This document shows positions 43,125-43,181 of a DNA stretch of 43,181 nt, piece by piece (the first letter of the stretch is position 1; every line of letters starts with the position of its first letter). The stretch covers positions 1 to 43,181 of IMG/VR virus record IMGVR_UViG_3300010222_000170, one strand, 5' to 3'. The notes beneath the pieces are model-generated. The model worked only from the letters and a program-made list of their open reading frames with translations. It had not been told where the DNA came from and did no database searches. The translations under genes were made by a program, and so were the position numbers. The stretch is from a virus (lineage: Duplodnaviria; Caudoviricetes).

Positions 43125-43181
43125 TTGTGAGTGCATAGCATCCGGATAGGCATAAGCGCTGCGTGTTGCGGTTTTCAGCAT

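Larger units (their letters stand above)
1..43181. mobile_element. Haloarchaeal tailed virus/provirus (siphovirus-like), partial or permuted
   Basis: Canonical TerS-TerL-portal-head-capsid-tail-TMP order on the minus strand, no tail sheath gene recognised, acidic proteome, archaeal TATA promoters. Confidence 0.95.

Noticed and set aside
43047-43181. ORF-track N-terminal extension of the last HNH gene (similar extensions at 6137, 13395, 34436, 41132)
   Set aside because: The extensions overlap promoters, structured leaders or upstream genes; downstream coupled or leader-adjacent starts fit better

Overview
The whole window looks like most of the genome of a temperate tailed haloarchaeal virus or provirus (siphovirus-like Caudoviricetes). 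Support: high GC, very acidic proteins, many small zinc-finger ORFs, archaeal TATA boxes about 30 nt before leaderless ATGs, and ribbon-helix-helix (RHH) regulators. On the minus strand from the right end: an accessory/DNA-modification block (HNH nuclease, C5 cytosine methyltransferase, PAPS-reductase-like PP-loop protein, GNAT, winged HTH), membrane proteins, TerS, TerL, portal, gp7/MuF head protein, HNH, protease/scaffold, decoration protein, major capsid, head-tail and tail genes, a tail chaperone with a likely +1 frameshift, HNH, tape measure, tail tip and fibres. The left 9.6 kb holds accessory cassettes, five RHH genes including a divergent switch, and a surface protein. No integrase or replication gene is visible. 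The most notable signals are non-coding or structural: (1) a shared three-way-junction 5' leader, with a mutually exclusive hairpin ending exactly at the ATG, in front of three genes (two HNH, one SWIM); (2) a complete type II hammerhead ribozyme inside an RHH-regulated cassette; (3) a 27-bp micro-inversion between 9-bp inverted repeats that switches the distal-tail gene off; (4) an HNH cassette that carries a recoded replacement 3' end for the gene it invaded; (5) mini-tRNA-like elements just upstream of late genes. All calls come from reading the sequence by eye; no searches or folding programs were run.
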